Position numbers and translations under genes: made by a program
Notes under the pieces: model-generated
Database searches by the model: none
The model's input: the letters and a program-made list of their open reading frames with translations, nothing else
What the model was told of the DNA's origin: nothing
From: Octopus vulgaris
Taxonomy: Eukaryota
DNA: 64,000 nucleotides
Direction of reading: 5' to 3'
Assembly: GCA_951406725.2 (NCBI GenBank)
Contig: OX597822.1
Span: 15,004,001-15,068,000, forward strand
In this document: in pieces, positions 41,800 to 54,497 of the stretch
Layout of the letters: each line of letters starts with the position of its first letter
Numbering within the stretch: position 1 is the stretch's first letter

Positions 41800-41800
<1 letters not shown>
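41624..41800. mobile_element. Palindromic pLTR element with degenerate CCGAC(G)A-type hammerheads on both arms
   Basis: Minus: AAAACUGU-CCGACAA-ACG gaaa CGU-GAAAC UCUGG GUA-ACAGUUUU; plus 41721-41764: aaaactgt-tcgacga-...cgt-gaaac tctaa gta-acaat. Confidence 0.7.
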
Positions 41801-41832
<32 letters not shown>

Positions 41833-42344
41833 CATGTATACATGGTTATATATCATAGTACGGCGTTGTAGAACTGCGTTTAGACATTTGTAACCATTAA
41901 ATTTAGGCAAGCTATTTGGTTACTTCAGGAACCATGAAGCTAAAGAAGAGATTATCATAATAGAAATGGCATAAGCTGAAATTGTCTTTGAGACTCAATA
42001 TTCTATAATTGCTTTTTAGAACTCGCAATGTAGCTTTATTTCCCATCAGATTCAGAATTTGAACAAGAAAATTCTAGACCACTTCCAGTGAAAAGCACAT
42101 GTAGAAACTAAACCATGCATGTATAATTTATCACGTATGAACGAAAGAAATAATCAGCGATATAGCTTACAAAAGAAGTGTAGTATCCTTCAAGGTTTCA
42201 TTTAGAAATTCGACAAGATTCGTTTTATGGTGGTGGAGGTGAAATCGTGTAGGGAAAAAAATTGCAGTGTCACTTCATTTCTCTTACATAAATTTGTTAA
42301 TAATATACTGTTAACCAACCGTCTCAGTACCAGTCTCTCACTCT

Positions 42345-42443
42345 CTCTGCCTGCCTGCCTGCCTGCCTGCTTGACCGTCTGTCTGTCATTCTCTCTCTCT
42401 CTCTTTCTCTGTCTGTCTGTCTTTCTGTCTGTCTATCTATCTG

Positions 42444-42521
<78 letters not shown>

Positions 42522-42577
42522 AGCCTGTCTGCCTGTCTGTCTGTCTATCTATCTATGTATCTATCTATCTATCTGAT
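42345..42577. repeat. (CCTG)/(TCTG)/(TCTA)n compound tetranucleotide repeat
   Basis: Directly visible. Confidence 0.9.
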
Positions 42578-42784
42578 TGACACAAGTCAAATGGGCTCCA
42601 AGTAAGTTGGTAGTTTTCTACGTTTAAAATTGTTGATTGTCAAACATTTTATTTCTAAAAGGTGTACAACACCCAACCCATACTTTCATTAACATCCACA
42701 CAAAATTTCGCCCTATGTGGGCAAAATTAAAAAAAAATTCTCAAAGGCTTCGTGGTTTTATTTTAGCCATTTTTATTTTCAAAA

Positions 42785-44023
42785 ATGGCTACTGGTCACC
42801 ACGAGGCCGAGGCGCAAGTCAAGCGTGACGCCGAAACAAAAGAGCAAGATTCCCTGTCACTAAAAAGTGAACCTGACAGTTTGAACGCCGCTAACATCAA
42901 CACCACCACCACCACCACCACTATCAGCATCAACAACAGCAACAACCACAAAACCAAGGTCCCAGGGCCAAGCACCGTCACCGCCACCAATGATCCAACC
43001 ATCAACACCGACACCACCACCATGGCGGTTTCTGCTACTACAGCTGCTTCCTCTGCTAACGATACCACTAACAACAACAACAAACCAAGATCACCAGACC
43101 AATCACCATCACCGTCACCAAACACCGTCAATACCAATGCTACTATGGCTGCCTCCCTTGCCACTAACACCACCGCCGCCACCAAGAACGACAAAAACAA
43201 CGATATCGTCGTTTTGCCGTGTACGATAACCGCCAACAATAACACCACTACTACAACCTCAACTACTACAAGTGACACCTCTGTCACCAACACTACCACC
43301 AAACCCAATTTTGCACAAGCATTAAAACCAAAAAAGACAATATTACACTTCACAACAGAACAAATAAAAAAAACAAAAGCCCTGTTAACTGAAGAAGGTT
43401 CACATCTACGCTTACATATACCACAAAACATCATAGACACCACACAAAAGAAGACAATAATATACAAATTCCTAAACGCAAAAACACGCCGACCAGAACA
43501 AACACAAGCAGAACTGATTGAAAAATGTTTACGGTCAATATGGGCCTACAAAAATGATTTAAATTGGGGAAACAAATATGCCACGATACAGGTTCGCTTC
43601 GACAGCGAAGAAAGAGCGAAAGAACTTTCGACGCTCACATTACAGTCGGAAAAACTAATTTTAATTCCGACCTACCTTGGTCAACGCGTGATCAAAATTT
43701 CGATTAAAAATGTCCCTCCAGAAATAGATTCACAATGGCTGTTGTCAGCCATTTGCTACAAAATGGAGGAAAATATAAATATTCTGGAATATGCCGCCTT
43801 CGAAGAAAAGAAATGGTCGGGGAAAATAGTTCAGTTATTGATGCAAATTGACCAAAACCAAATCAATAACATCCCCCACCAAATTGAGCTGCCAGACGAC
43901 AATTTCCTTTACGTAGTGGTAAAGGGTAGGAGGCCTCGCTGTTTCTTGTGTGGCACCGAGGAACACCTAAGAAGTGATTGCCCAACAACAAAAAAACAAC
44001 AACAAAAATCAGAACAAGAATAA
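42785..44023 (+). CDS. Retrotransposon ORF1 (gag-like; Thr/Asn-rich N-terminus, RRM-like region, CCHC knuckle); probably continued, disrupted, to ~44780
   Basis: 412 aa ORF ending GRRPRCFLCGTEEHLRSDCP (CX2CX4HX4C). Confidence 0.75.
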   Translation: MATGHHEAEAQVKRDAETKEQDSLSLKSEPDSLNAANINTTTTTTTISINNSNNHKTKVPGPSTVTATNDPTINTDTTTMAVSATTAASSANDTTNNNNKPRSPDQSPSPSPNTVNTNATMAASLATNTTAATKNDKNNDIVVLPCTITANNNTTTTTSTTTSDTSVTNTTTKPNFAQALKPKKTILHFTTEQIKKTKALLTEEGSHLRLHIPQNIIDTTQKKTIIYKFLNAKTRRPEQTQAELIEKCLRSIWAYKNDLNWGNKYATIQVRFDSEERAKELSTLTLQSEKLILIPTYLGQRVIKISIKNVPPEIDSQWLLSAICYKMEENINILEYAAFEEKKWSGKIVQLLMQIDQNQINNIPHQIELPDDNFLYVVVKGRRPRCFLCGTEEHLRSDCPTTKKQQQKSEQE

Positions 44024-44842
44024 CAACAACCATAACATGGGGAAAAGTCAAAAGAAAAAATAACACTACTACCCACACCACCATCAGCACAGAGGACAGA
44101 CAAAGGGAGTACGAAACCAAACCCGCCAACACCAACAAATGAACACACAACATCTGAAAATCACCACCAACAGCAAGAACTTAGGAAACAGAAAAACCAA
44201 AAGATAGTACAAAAACTGATTCCCCTTCCCTCACATCACACACAAGCAGTCAACAACCAACATCAACGAAAACAACAACACAACCAATTACACAAAAACA
44301 CATTGAAGCCTACAACATGCCCCTACCCCTTTCCGATTCCTCGGAAATTTCGTCGGAAGACGAAAGCACTGAGGAATGGCAAATAGCAAGAAAAGGAAGG
44401 AGGAAAAGGAACAAAAAAAAAAAGAACGAGATCCAATACAAACGCAAACAAAGCAGTGATATATACACCTGAAGACATCTCAAACCTTACCACAAACAAT
44501 ATCAACGCCATAAAAATATATAAAAAGAATATGCTCACAGCCATAGACACCAAAAACACAGAGTTGATGAAATACATCAACACAAACACAAACATTACAG
44601 AAAACGACATTAAAACGAACAACCACCCACACACAACACCACCAGAACGCATAAAAATTTACCACATATCATCACATACTAAAATCCCTCCCAATGCGGT
44701 AGGGGGATATCATAAATATTTATGCAAAAAATGTATAACAGCCTCCTTGATGAAAAATCAAAGGAGGAGACAAATCTTTTGAAAGGTAAGTAACTCTCCT
44801 TTCCTTTCGTTTGTGTTTTAAGGCACACAACTCAATAGGATC

Positions 44843-46200
44843 ATGGTCAAGATTGGTTGTGTGAATGCGTGTGGCTTGGGGTCCCCTTGGAAACAAGGGT
44901 ACCTTTTAAATGACATCAAGTCACATAATTTGGAAATCATAGCAATAAGTGTGACCAGACACCATGAACCACGGGCCCTAAAGCCCATGTTTGGTGAACG
45001 GTTTAACATTTATTTTTCTCCCTGTCTGCCAAGAATGAGCGGTAGTGGCACGGTGGTACTTTTTCGCAAGAGTCTGGATCTCGAAGTAAAGACGATATTC
45101 GTAGATCCGGAGAATAGACTGGTTGTCCTGGATGTCGACGGCAGGGATGGGTGCGCTTTTCTACTCCTGGCAGTTTATGCACCGCCTTTAACAGGTCGGC
45201 CGGATTTCTTTCAAAGTCTAAGTATTCCTTGGAACGTCTCGTCCTTCACTTTTAGTGGGGGATTGGAATGCTATCTTGGACACGCATCTAGACTACGTGG
45301 GGAGAGACGAAAATAGACGGGGATGTAAATGCCTTAGAGACCTGCTCAAACGCTTTCAACTGTCTGACAGGTACCGACTCGACCACCCAAATGTGCCAAC
45401 GTGGACATGGAGCAACCGCATTGGGTCGTTGAGATTGTATCTAGATAGGATACTATGCAGGACAGCAGATAGGGATAGCTTAGGATGTCCACAATTCCAT
45501 TTAATCAGCTACACAGATCACAAACTAGTGACGTGTACGCTAGACTTGGATAAGGCACATAGGCAGGGTTCCGGTTACTGGAAACTGAACCCGTCTTTCT
45601 CGTCGAAACAGGTTTTCAGAAACCGAATTAGCACACTAGTAAAGAGGGCTTTGACGGGAGCCATCGTCAACAACAAATGTTGGTTTGCCCTGAAGAGAGC
45701 AGTAAAAGCAGAAGCCATTAGGTATAGCAAAGCACTAGCCATAGATAAAAACAGAGTAGAGGGTGAGCTAGTTAAGAAGTTAGAAGAGGCAATAAGAAGC
45801 GGCATCTCATCCGACATTTTGGCGGCGAGGTTGGCCCTCGACCAACACTTCAACGCCACAAATACTGTCAGGGCTAGGATGCGTGCTCTAAAGATGGAAG
45901 GTGTTGGAGCCGCGAGAGAGGCCAGGGTGGCGGAGGCGCAACGGGGCAACAAAGCCACCATTCGGTCTCTGTTAGATGAACAGGGACGCGAGTTGCTCTA
46001 GCCGAGAAAGATGTGCGAGGCATTTCAGCGGCATTTTGCTCGACTGTACGGGACGAGTGGCGAGTGTGAACGCAGGGTGGACTTCAGTGCCTACCTGCAC
46101 AGCCTGCCACGACTCTCGGCAAGAGAGGCAGCGTGCTGCGAAGGTGCCATCACGGCGGCGGATGTGCGGGACGCAATGGCAGAATGCTCGAGAGACAAAT
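44843..46200 (+). pseudogene. ORF2 apurinic-type endonuclease and linker, frameshifted
   Basis: CVNACGL, AVYAP, GDWNA, WTWSN...YLDRI, TDHKLV, GYWKLN; frameshift ~45215, stop at 46001. Confidence 0.88.
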
Positions 46201-46203
46201 TGC

Positions 46204-46299
<96 letters not shown>

Positions 46300-46347
46300 A
46301 CTCTACACTCCAAACACCGCGCACATATTTATATATACACATACATA

Positions 46348-46550
46348 TTTCAGTCATTAGACTGAGGCCATGCTGGAGCACCACCTTCAAGACATTTTAG
46401 TCAAATGAATCGACCTCAGTGCTTATTTTTTAAGCCCGGTACTTATTTTATCGGTCTCTTTTTGCCGAACCGTTATGTATATGGGGCATCAATAAAGCAG
46501 CACCGGTTGTCAAGCGGTGGTGGGAGACAAATACAGACACAAAGACACAG
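46348..46550 (-). mobile_element. SINE family A 3' half
   Basis: tttcagtcattagactgaggccatgctggagcaccacc. Confidence 0.7.
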
Positions 46551-46578
46551 ATATACATACGCACACCACGCGCGCGCG

Positions 46579-46626
<48 letters not shown>

Positions 46627-46721
46627 ATTATAAATAAGGGCAAAAGAAAAAGATTCTATGCAAAAATGCTGAAAAATAGACTTTAGATTGTCTAACTACA
46701 TAAAATATTTTTCACTATAAA

Positions 46722-46932
46722 GGCTGCCAGCTGGCAGAGACGTTATCACGCTCTGCGAAATGCTTAGCGGTATTTCCTGTCTTTACTTTCTGAGATCAAA
46801 TTCCGCCGAGGTCGACTCTGCCTTTAATCCTTTCGGGGTCAATAAATCAAGTACCAGTTGCGTACTGTAGTCGATGGAACCGACAGGCAATCTCCACCAA
46901 AATTTCGGGTCTTGTGCCTAGAGTAGAAAAGA
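46722..46932 (+). mobile_element. SINE family B
   Basis: agctggcagag...ttccgccgaggtcgactctgccttt..tttcggggtc. Confidence 0.8.
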
Positions 46933-48004
46933 ATATTTTGCACTCTAAATTCACAGTCCTGACCGACTTCACGTGTGTTGGGGCTTGCTACAGAATTTCT
47001 GTTTGGATATATTTGGGGTACTTCAATGTACACATGACTTTGTATCTGTTTTTCTCCGTGGGTATATGTATGTATTCCATTTATTCTTATCGTGTTCCTC
47101 GCTGATGAAGGAAGAATCCTTTTGAATTAATCCAGAAATCAGTCCGATTTGAGGATAATAGAATTTTAAAACTTTTTCTGTTAGCTTGCTTTCCTCGTTT
47201 CAACACGATGTGAATTGGTACTGAAATATATTATATGTGGTTGGACGACATAAGGTCTATTTTTCAGCATATTGGGATAGGAAAGATAATTTGCGAATTA
47301 TCAGTGTTTTTTGGTGATTTAAAAAAGAGTTGTGACTGTTATTTCCAGCAGACAGACATACTTAGTCAGTCCTTTGATTAATTTTAATCCTTCAGCTATT
47401 TGATGCATTTTGGGGACCTGCATTCGCCTATATTATTGATTCTGTTATCACCATTTTAAAATTGTTACACTAGATAATAACCAAGTTAAATATTTTCACA
47501 AATTATTTTCCCGTGAATTGTGTTTTTCTCGTGAACTATTTGCTCAGTATTGAAATTATATTCACCCTCGTGACTGCCATGATTCGGCGCAAAACGAATG
47601 AGTTGCAGCGTGGACTTCAACACGACGGGTTGAGAGACTCTATCATGGTAACGCGTGCTGAGGAAGCTGAGGCTATTATGCCAGTGCACAAACCTGTCCC
47701 GTGAGTCCAAATACTTGAATGTACGTTGGGAGATTTTATTAGCCCATTTGCCTCCGAACGGTTAATTTCTGTAGTTATTGTCAGTGTATTTTGGCAATTT
47801 AAATTAGAGTTTTGGTGGTTATTTCCAGCAGGCAGACATGAGTTAATTTCAATATATATAATGTACTGATGTACTGATCCGTGAAGGAAATTCAACAGAA
47901 AAGTACTCCATCTGGTGAGAGATAAATATTATTATCTAAAGGTCACAATACATGTATTAAACAATAGTTTCGTGTGTTGAGAGAACTGAAACATATATTC
48001 AGAC

Positions 48005-48530
48005 GCAAATGCATCTGTTTGTTGTCTTTGTCTTTTGTTTCTCTGTAAATTTCAACCATATATTGTACGCTTACGTGGTCGCATCAGTTTGTCCTGAAAT
48101 TTCTGCACCTCTCCTCATTTACACACCAGCATTCCACTCGGATTACTACTCAATATACATATGTATTTCACTAGATTCCTCCGTTGATAAAAAATCACTA
48201 CATACACCACGACCTTTGAACCTTTTTGAACTGTTTTGAACTTTCCATTTTTTCAATCATGCCCGATTACAAATCTTTCCTCCTCTACCTTCACCACCAC
48301 CGAAGGAAACACTTTTCCACACTTCCTTTAATTACCTTTGTTCAGCCAGTCGCCATGACTGACCGCTAACCCCAAAAGTTTTTTTTTCTCTCTCTGTTTA
48401 GTTTCTCTTATTCCTTTCTGTTGTAAAACGTAGGCTCGAAACGTAAAAGTATTTCTCACCTTCCCACTAATACACCTGCTTGTTGTTTATACACCTGTCT
48501 TCGTCTTTTGTTTTCTGTAAATTTCAACTA
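48005..48530 (+). mobile_element. Partial tandem CUGUCGA-family pLTR with a decayed hammerhead at 48414-48449
   Basis: Tail tcttttgttt.ctgtaaatttcaac present twice (ending ~48057 and ~48528); cttt-ctgttgt-aaaacgtaggctc-gaaac-gta-aaag. Confidence 0.55.
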
Positions 48531-49319
48531 TATGTGTATATATATATACAAACATGCGTGTGTGTTTGAATATGTCTCTCTCACTGTATGTATGTATGAA
48601 AACACACGTATACTCACTTGGAGTAGCCTTTATTTATTTCAAATTGTTGCACTCTGCCCTCACACAAATATCCACGATCAACATTCTACGCGTTCATTCT
48701 GTTTTCCTTTCTGCCCGTTCGCTTCATTAGCTGATCAGCTTGTCTCGCGAGGAACTGAAATAAAGAATTTCATTTGAAACTTTCGAAGCATATCAAGAGA
48801 CCTGATAAGATTTCTGTGCAGCAGCAGTAGAATTTCAACTGGGAGTTACAACAATAATTAGATTTACTCCATGAATAGTCATTTAAGATGAAGCTATTTA
48901 TATTATGAACTACGTTAAAATATGTGCGTAACCTGCAAATTTTGATTAACCTTTGTTTGCAAATATTCATGAATCGTGTAAATAGAGAGGTGGTGTACAT
49001 ATGTTTCTAGTAAATGATAGTTATATATTTCATCTGCCCTAAAGGTTTAGAACATAAAATTAGCATCGAGAGTCTCTAATCTAAGTATCAGCTCAATACC
49101 TCTTGGCGTTTATTTTCTTTTCTAATCATTCATTCCTGTAGTTAATACATCACTAGTGAAATATACTGATTTTCTTTCAAGTGGTTGTAGAAATAATAAA
49201 GAATTTAGCGAAATATCATCACCACTATTATTCTGGTGTTTGCAACACAAATCAACATGAAATGTTGACAGACGTTGGTAATTTAGATAAAGTTTGTATC
49301 TTTGAAGCACGTGTGGTCT

Positions 49320-49620
49320 TCCTTCTTCCTCGAGCCACACCTGGCTCATAAGGGCCGGTTTCCCGGTTTCCTTGGCGAATAGGTTCCCCACCTGGACGGG
49401 ACGCCGGTCCGTCGCAGGTGAGCTGCAAGATGCAGGAGGAAATAGTGAGAGAAAGTTGTGGCGAAAGAATCAGTAGAAGTTCGCCATTACCTTCTGCCGG
49501 AGCCGCGTGGAGCTTAGGTGTTTCGCTCATAAACACACACATCGCCCGGTCTGGGGTTTGAACCCGCGATCCCTCAACCACGAGGTCCGCTGTTCTAACC
49601 ACTAGGCCATATGCCCCCAC
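49320..49620 (-). mobile_element. SINE family C
   Basis: Closely matches 22190-22490. Confidence 0.85.
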
Positions 49621-49651
49621 ACGTGCGGTCTTAGGTTGGTGTAAAGAGGGC

Positions 49652-49985
49652 GGGCAAGTGTCTTCTACAGTAGCCTCGGGCCGACCAAGGCCTGTGAGTG
49701 GATTTGACAGACGGAAAGAGTGAGAGGGAGTAAGAGAGAAAGGGAAGGGATATATATATACATATGTATATATACGTATTTGTGTGTCTGTGTTTGTCCT
49801 ACCACCACCACTTGACGACCAATATTGCTGTGTTTAAGTCCCTCTAACATAGCTGTCCGACAAAAAAGAACCCCGTTAGAGTAAGTACTTGGCTTACAAG
49901 AAAGAAATCCTGGGATCGATTTGGGCTACTGAAGGTGGTGCTTCAGCATGGCCGCAGTCAAATAACAATTAAACGAATAAAAGAA
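49652..49985 (+). mobile_element. SINE family A, 5'-truncated
   Basis: ggcaagtgtcttctac...gcatggccgcagtcaa. Confidence 0.7.
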
Positions 49986-50131
49986 AATTCAAAAATATAA
50001 AATCAGTTACGTTCTTTCCACTAAGGCACCAACCACACGAAAAACAATTAAGTCAGCCTTCATATCTACCGATCTATCCATCTATCTATCTGTCTGTCTG
50101 TTTATCTATCTATCTATCTATCAATCTATCA

Positions 50132-50219
<88 letters not shown>

Positions 50220-50924
50220 GTCTGTCTCTCTGTATATTTCTCTATCTCTCGATTTATCTTTCTGTATTCATCTATAATCAGCCGAAATTGCGAGGATGAT
50301 CCGGTTCTTGACTGAGGATAAAAGGCTTCGAATGACCCGTCTTTGTTTTTTGTATCGTCTATCTGGATGTTTTATTGTCCCTTTTTGTATCACCTAGTTG
50401 TCCAGATGTTTTGCGGTCTTGTCCCATTTGTATTTTATTTTATATATATATTCATAGTGGCGTACGTACACTTTGTTCTCTTATATATATATAGAACGTA
50501 TTGAGGATTTCTGAGGAATGTATTAATTTCTGATATGTTGGCGATTGTCACATGTGTTACTCTTTCCACAACTTTAAGTATGGAAAGTTTTCTCTCTGTC
50601 ACTCCTCATGTCTGCAATTCTGTCTCTCTGAATTGACAACTTTGCGCTATGAGAACGGCCCCATGGAACTATTCACAGTCTCTATCGCTCCAGACACGGC
50701 TTTAATATATTTTCATAGGAAATAAAATGAAAGAAACAGAGCCAAACAGATAAAAACACTCATATGAACCTGGAACAGTGTAATGATGCTCCAGTGTGTA
50801 ATCACGTGATCACATGACCTACCAGTCTATCAAATGTTGTTACACATTGCTGTTCACAATGCACTTTGCACTATTTTAGCCTTCGAATGACGCCATCCCG
50901 CTGGCTAGGCGAGCAGGCCAACAT

Positions 50925-51068
50925 TCAACCCTGATCGAAAGGGGGACTGGAGCCACGTGAAACGAAGCGTCTTGCTCAAGAACACAACCGCCGTACGGTC
51001 TGGGGGATCGAATCTACGATCTAGTAGCCGTGAGTGCAACAGCCTAACCATTAAGCTACGCGCTTTCA
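50925..51068 (-). mobile_element. tRNA-derived SINE head (family D-like)
   Basis: Minus-strand gtgaaagcgcgtagcttaatggttaggctgttgcactcacg...ttcgatccccc. Confidence 0.6.
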
Positions 51069-51936
51069 CCCAAGATATGATACGAAGGGAAATAGGTGAC
51101 GAGTAATATAAGCGAAATGCAGCAACTATGTAAATACAATAATACAGCAGAAAGCAGGTACGAGGTGAAAATATATAGAAACATGTCAACAACACGAGGC
51201 GGGAAAGTTCCTGATAAAATATAACACAATGGGCTGAAGAGCAAGATACGCCATATATGGAGAAGAACAAACGAAGCTGGCACAATTAAGAAAATATATG
51301 ATACATTAATTAGAATTTTTAAGTTGAAACTTTCTCTCTAAACGAAACTACACACTAATCAATAGCTACTGCCATTGGGTGTAGATTTGAAACGAACGAA
51401 GTTGTATATATTCAAGTGAAAGCAGTATAATTAAATGGAAACGTGAGTTGAATTACAAGGCAAAACTATTTAATAGATTTTATATTATAGCACATTTTAT
51501 ATGTTTATGTTATCTAATTACTTTCCAAGTTTACACAGATTACGATGTTATGAGGACAATTTTAATAGTTCATTAGTCCGCAGATATTTTATATACATGT
51601 ATATGTGTGCGTGTGTGTGTGTGTGTGTGTGTTTAACTATGTATATGTACATTCACACCTGTATAAATCCGTTTCAAATTGATAATTGAAAGACAGTCGA
51701 AAGAAAGATTACTTCATAACATTTTACAAATTAATAATATACACCGGATTTATATTATTGTAGTTGGTCTCTGTATAATTCAGAATTCGCTGAATGATCG
51801 TGTGTGCACATGGGCGGATCTCCACAATAGTAAGACACTTACACGAAGAAAATATATGCGCATAACATATATATATATATATATATATTCTCTAGTGCCT
51901 TCGAATTTAATATTTAATAATTAATATTTCTGGAAT

Positions 51937-52022
51937 CCCACGCTGAAGAGCCGAAAATGGTCGGGTAAGGTATAATTATTTATTCTTTATACCGATCTAA
52001 TTCTGAAACGCGCGTACGTGGG
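51937..52022 (+). ncRNA. Type-I hammerhead ribozyme with an extended stem II, in a ~320 bp element between (TA)n tracts (51888-52202)
   Basis: CCCACG-CUGAAGA-55 nt-GAAAC GCGC GUA-CGUGGG; 6-bp stem I and palindromic stem III. Confidence 0.75.
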
Positions 52023-52201
52023 TAACCTAATACCGATTGATTTTCGTTATTTTTCCCTTTCGCCTGCGTGGATTGTTTTCAAGTACTTTGATTTTTCTGG
52101 GAACTCCTTTTAAAGTAGAAGGAATAGCTAATATTTTTTGACTGCTATTTCTAAACTTCGGTATGTGGTGAAGCAAATCTTTGCTGAACCCTAATTATCA
52201 A

Positions 52202-52254
<53 letters not shown>

Positions 52255-52257
<3 letters not shown>

Positions 52258-52510
52258 TCATTGTTCGACCGTGGTCGAGACATTGGAATTTATCGTGCTA
52301 CGCCAGACTTTACAGTCCATCATAGAATTACGGAGATTCTGTTGCTGGATGCCTGTATCCCTGGAGATTACATTAGGGTAGGAGAGTGTATGCCCTCCGG
52401 TATCGCGAGTAGATGGCTTCCAGAGGAGAAGAGGAGAAATTGCCTCGTTTTCAGCTCTACAACAACGTCCAGGTTTCTGAGCTATATAATAAAGGATTGC
52501 ATTTGTTAAA
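52255..52510 (-). mobile_element. RTE-clade (RTE-X-like) LINE 3' fragment with an internal deletion
   Basis: LLYSSETWTL, then LLLWKPS...GHTLSYPNVISRDTG...MMDCKVWR; (tga)n tail. Confidence 0.75.
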
Positions 52511-53419
52511 GTATGTCACTAGAAGACGGTCACTTGGTCACTGATATATAAAGCCAGATAAACAGGAATTGACATTGAATATTTTGGCATATTTTCCCTA
52601 CGTGTGACATCTTGACACTCCCACATTTCTGAGCCCCTGACCAAATGGAGAGACGGTGGGTGAGGTGCTGTGCAACACTTACTGGACCTAAAGTTGTGCA
52701 ATCGCCGGCGACGTAACAGACTGCTGCCCGCTCGAATACAACGGCGTCACGGTGACAATGGGAGCCTCAGGTGCGAGCCCGAGGGAAGGCGATTTCTGGG
52801 GCGTGAACCTAATACACTGTCATTGTTGACATTTTCCACGAACAATGGTCAGTGACGGTGGTTTTCCTCGATCACGTGTTGATATCCATTACACAAGAAC
52901 ACAGACACACACCCATACACGCACACAGACATCACACACACACACACGCACACACACACACATACACACATACAAAGTTTTTGGGTCTAAATGTTTTTGT
53001 TTTCTATTTTTAGGTGCATTTTGGTGTATGGGTGAACTCTTAACGGCGTTTGATAGCATTAAAATTGAAAATGTACTTCAGAAAAAGTCAGCGGCCATAG
53101 AGGACTGGAAGCTATCTGAATATTGGAAAAGAGTTACTTGTATCATGATGATAGGTATCGTGCTTTAAAATACCACACCACGACTGTTGCTTAATGTTCT
53201 GTAAAAACTGTGAAATCAGTAAGACATGATTTGGACTGCTGTAGCGGGGGCTGCGAATGTGTGTGAAGCGAGAAGAGAGACATCAAGCAGGAAAGGACGC
53301 AGTACATGGGAGTTCATCCCCACATCTTTGCACAGGAACTTAGACACAATTCAGGCGGCTCTGTGGAGTGTCTGGTAACTGTGATAAATCCCTGGTCTGA
53401 GAATGTTGCTCCTAGGAGG

Positions 53420-53880
53420 CCACATGTGTCATTCATTTGAACAATACTTTCCAATTCGACATAATTCATCGAATCTCCTCGAAATAATTAAACAATCACA
53501 ACTCTTCAACAACCAAAGACAACAGCCAAATGTCAAGATAATCTTAAGAAAGATAGATAAGATTCACTTTGGAGAAAGAAAGAATACGGGTAACGAACTG
53601 GGGAGACTCATGATGTTGGACATATGTAATGCCTGAACAGGAAACAAGCAAAATATTCAAGAATGAGAAGGAATTGAAAGGGAATGAAAACATGAATTGC
53701 GAAACAAGAAATCTCATCTATTGCATTACGTACAATGTGAATTATTTTGGCGGATACAAAAGCACATAAACACAAAAGAAAAAATCTTCTTTTCTTAGAA
53801 ATGTTCTATGTAGTGAAGGTGTAGATATTTGTGCAAATGGAAAATTAAAAATATTCCAATTTTGCAAAATAGATTCGATA
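53420..53880 (+). pseudogene. Decayed Penelope-like ORF (RT-EN linker + GIY-YIG endonuclease)
   Basis: NQRQQPNVKIIL; NMNCETRNLIYCIT...; SEGVDICANGKLKIFQF. Confidence 0.6.
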
Positions 53881-54082
53881 ATGGTTGTGAACAGGTTGAA
53901 ATGTTGTAGAACCTGTGTGAAATATTCAGTTTTGTCTTTTCCGGCTCTTACCACCTTCGGGAGTCCAAGTGAACGGTTTCTTCTTAGAATAAACATAATT
54001 GAAGTTGAGTTGTCGCGTAGAAATAGGCAACTCCGCTTTCTCCAAAAATTCCAGAGGCCTGCGTATATATATATACATATAT

Positions 54083-54260
54083 AGGGGAGGAATTCACGAA
54101 AAATACAAAAGACGAAGACAGGTGGTGTAGAAAATAAACAGATGCATTAGTATAAGGCTCGGGAATCGAAAACGTCTTTTACGTTTTGAGCCTATGCTCT
54201 TCTACAGAAAGGGACACAGAAAAAACAAGGAGAGAAAAAATGTGTGTAGTGGCTACCGAT
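54083..54260 (-). mobile_element. CUGUCGA-family pLTR with hammerhead 54176-54211 (CUGUAGA, G12A)
   Basis: Minus: CUUU-CUGUAGA-A-GAGC auag GCUC-AAAAC-GUA-AAAG. Confidence 0.65.
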
Positions 54261-54269
54261 ATATACATA

Positions 54270-54323
<54 letters not shown>

Positions 54324-54389
54324 AATATATATATGTATATATGTATATATATATATATTTATAAACATATTTATATATATACATATATG

Positions 54390-54497
<108 letters not shown>

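Larger units (their letters stand above)
42578..46201 (+). mobile_element. Tx1/L1-type non-LTR retrotransposon, 5' intact but 3'-truncated before the RT
   Basis: ORF1 with zinc knuckle followed by an APE-domain ORF2; bounded on both sides by (TCTA)n. Confidence 0.85.

Noticed and set aside
42796-43467. 223 aa hydrophobic antisense ORF
   Set aside because: Shadow of the ACC/AAC-rich Tx1 ORF1
50280-50445. CUGAGGA...GAAU possible ribozyme
   Set aside because: Lacks GAAA and pairing stems; unclassified repeat
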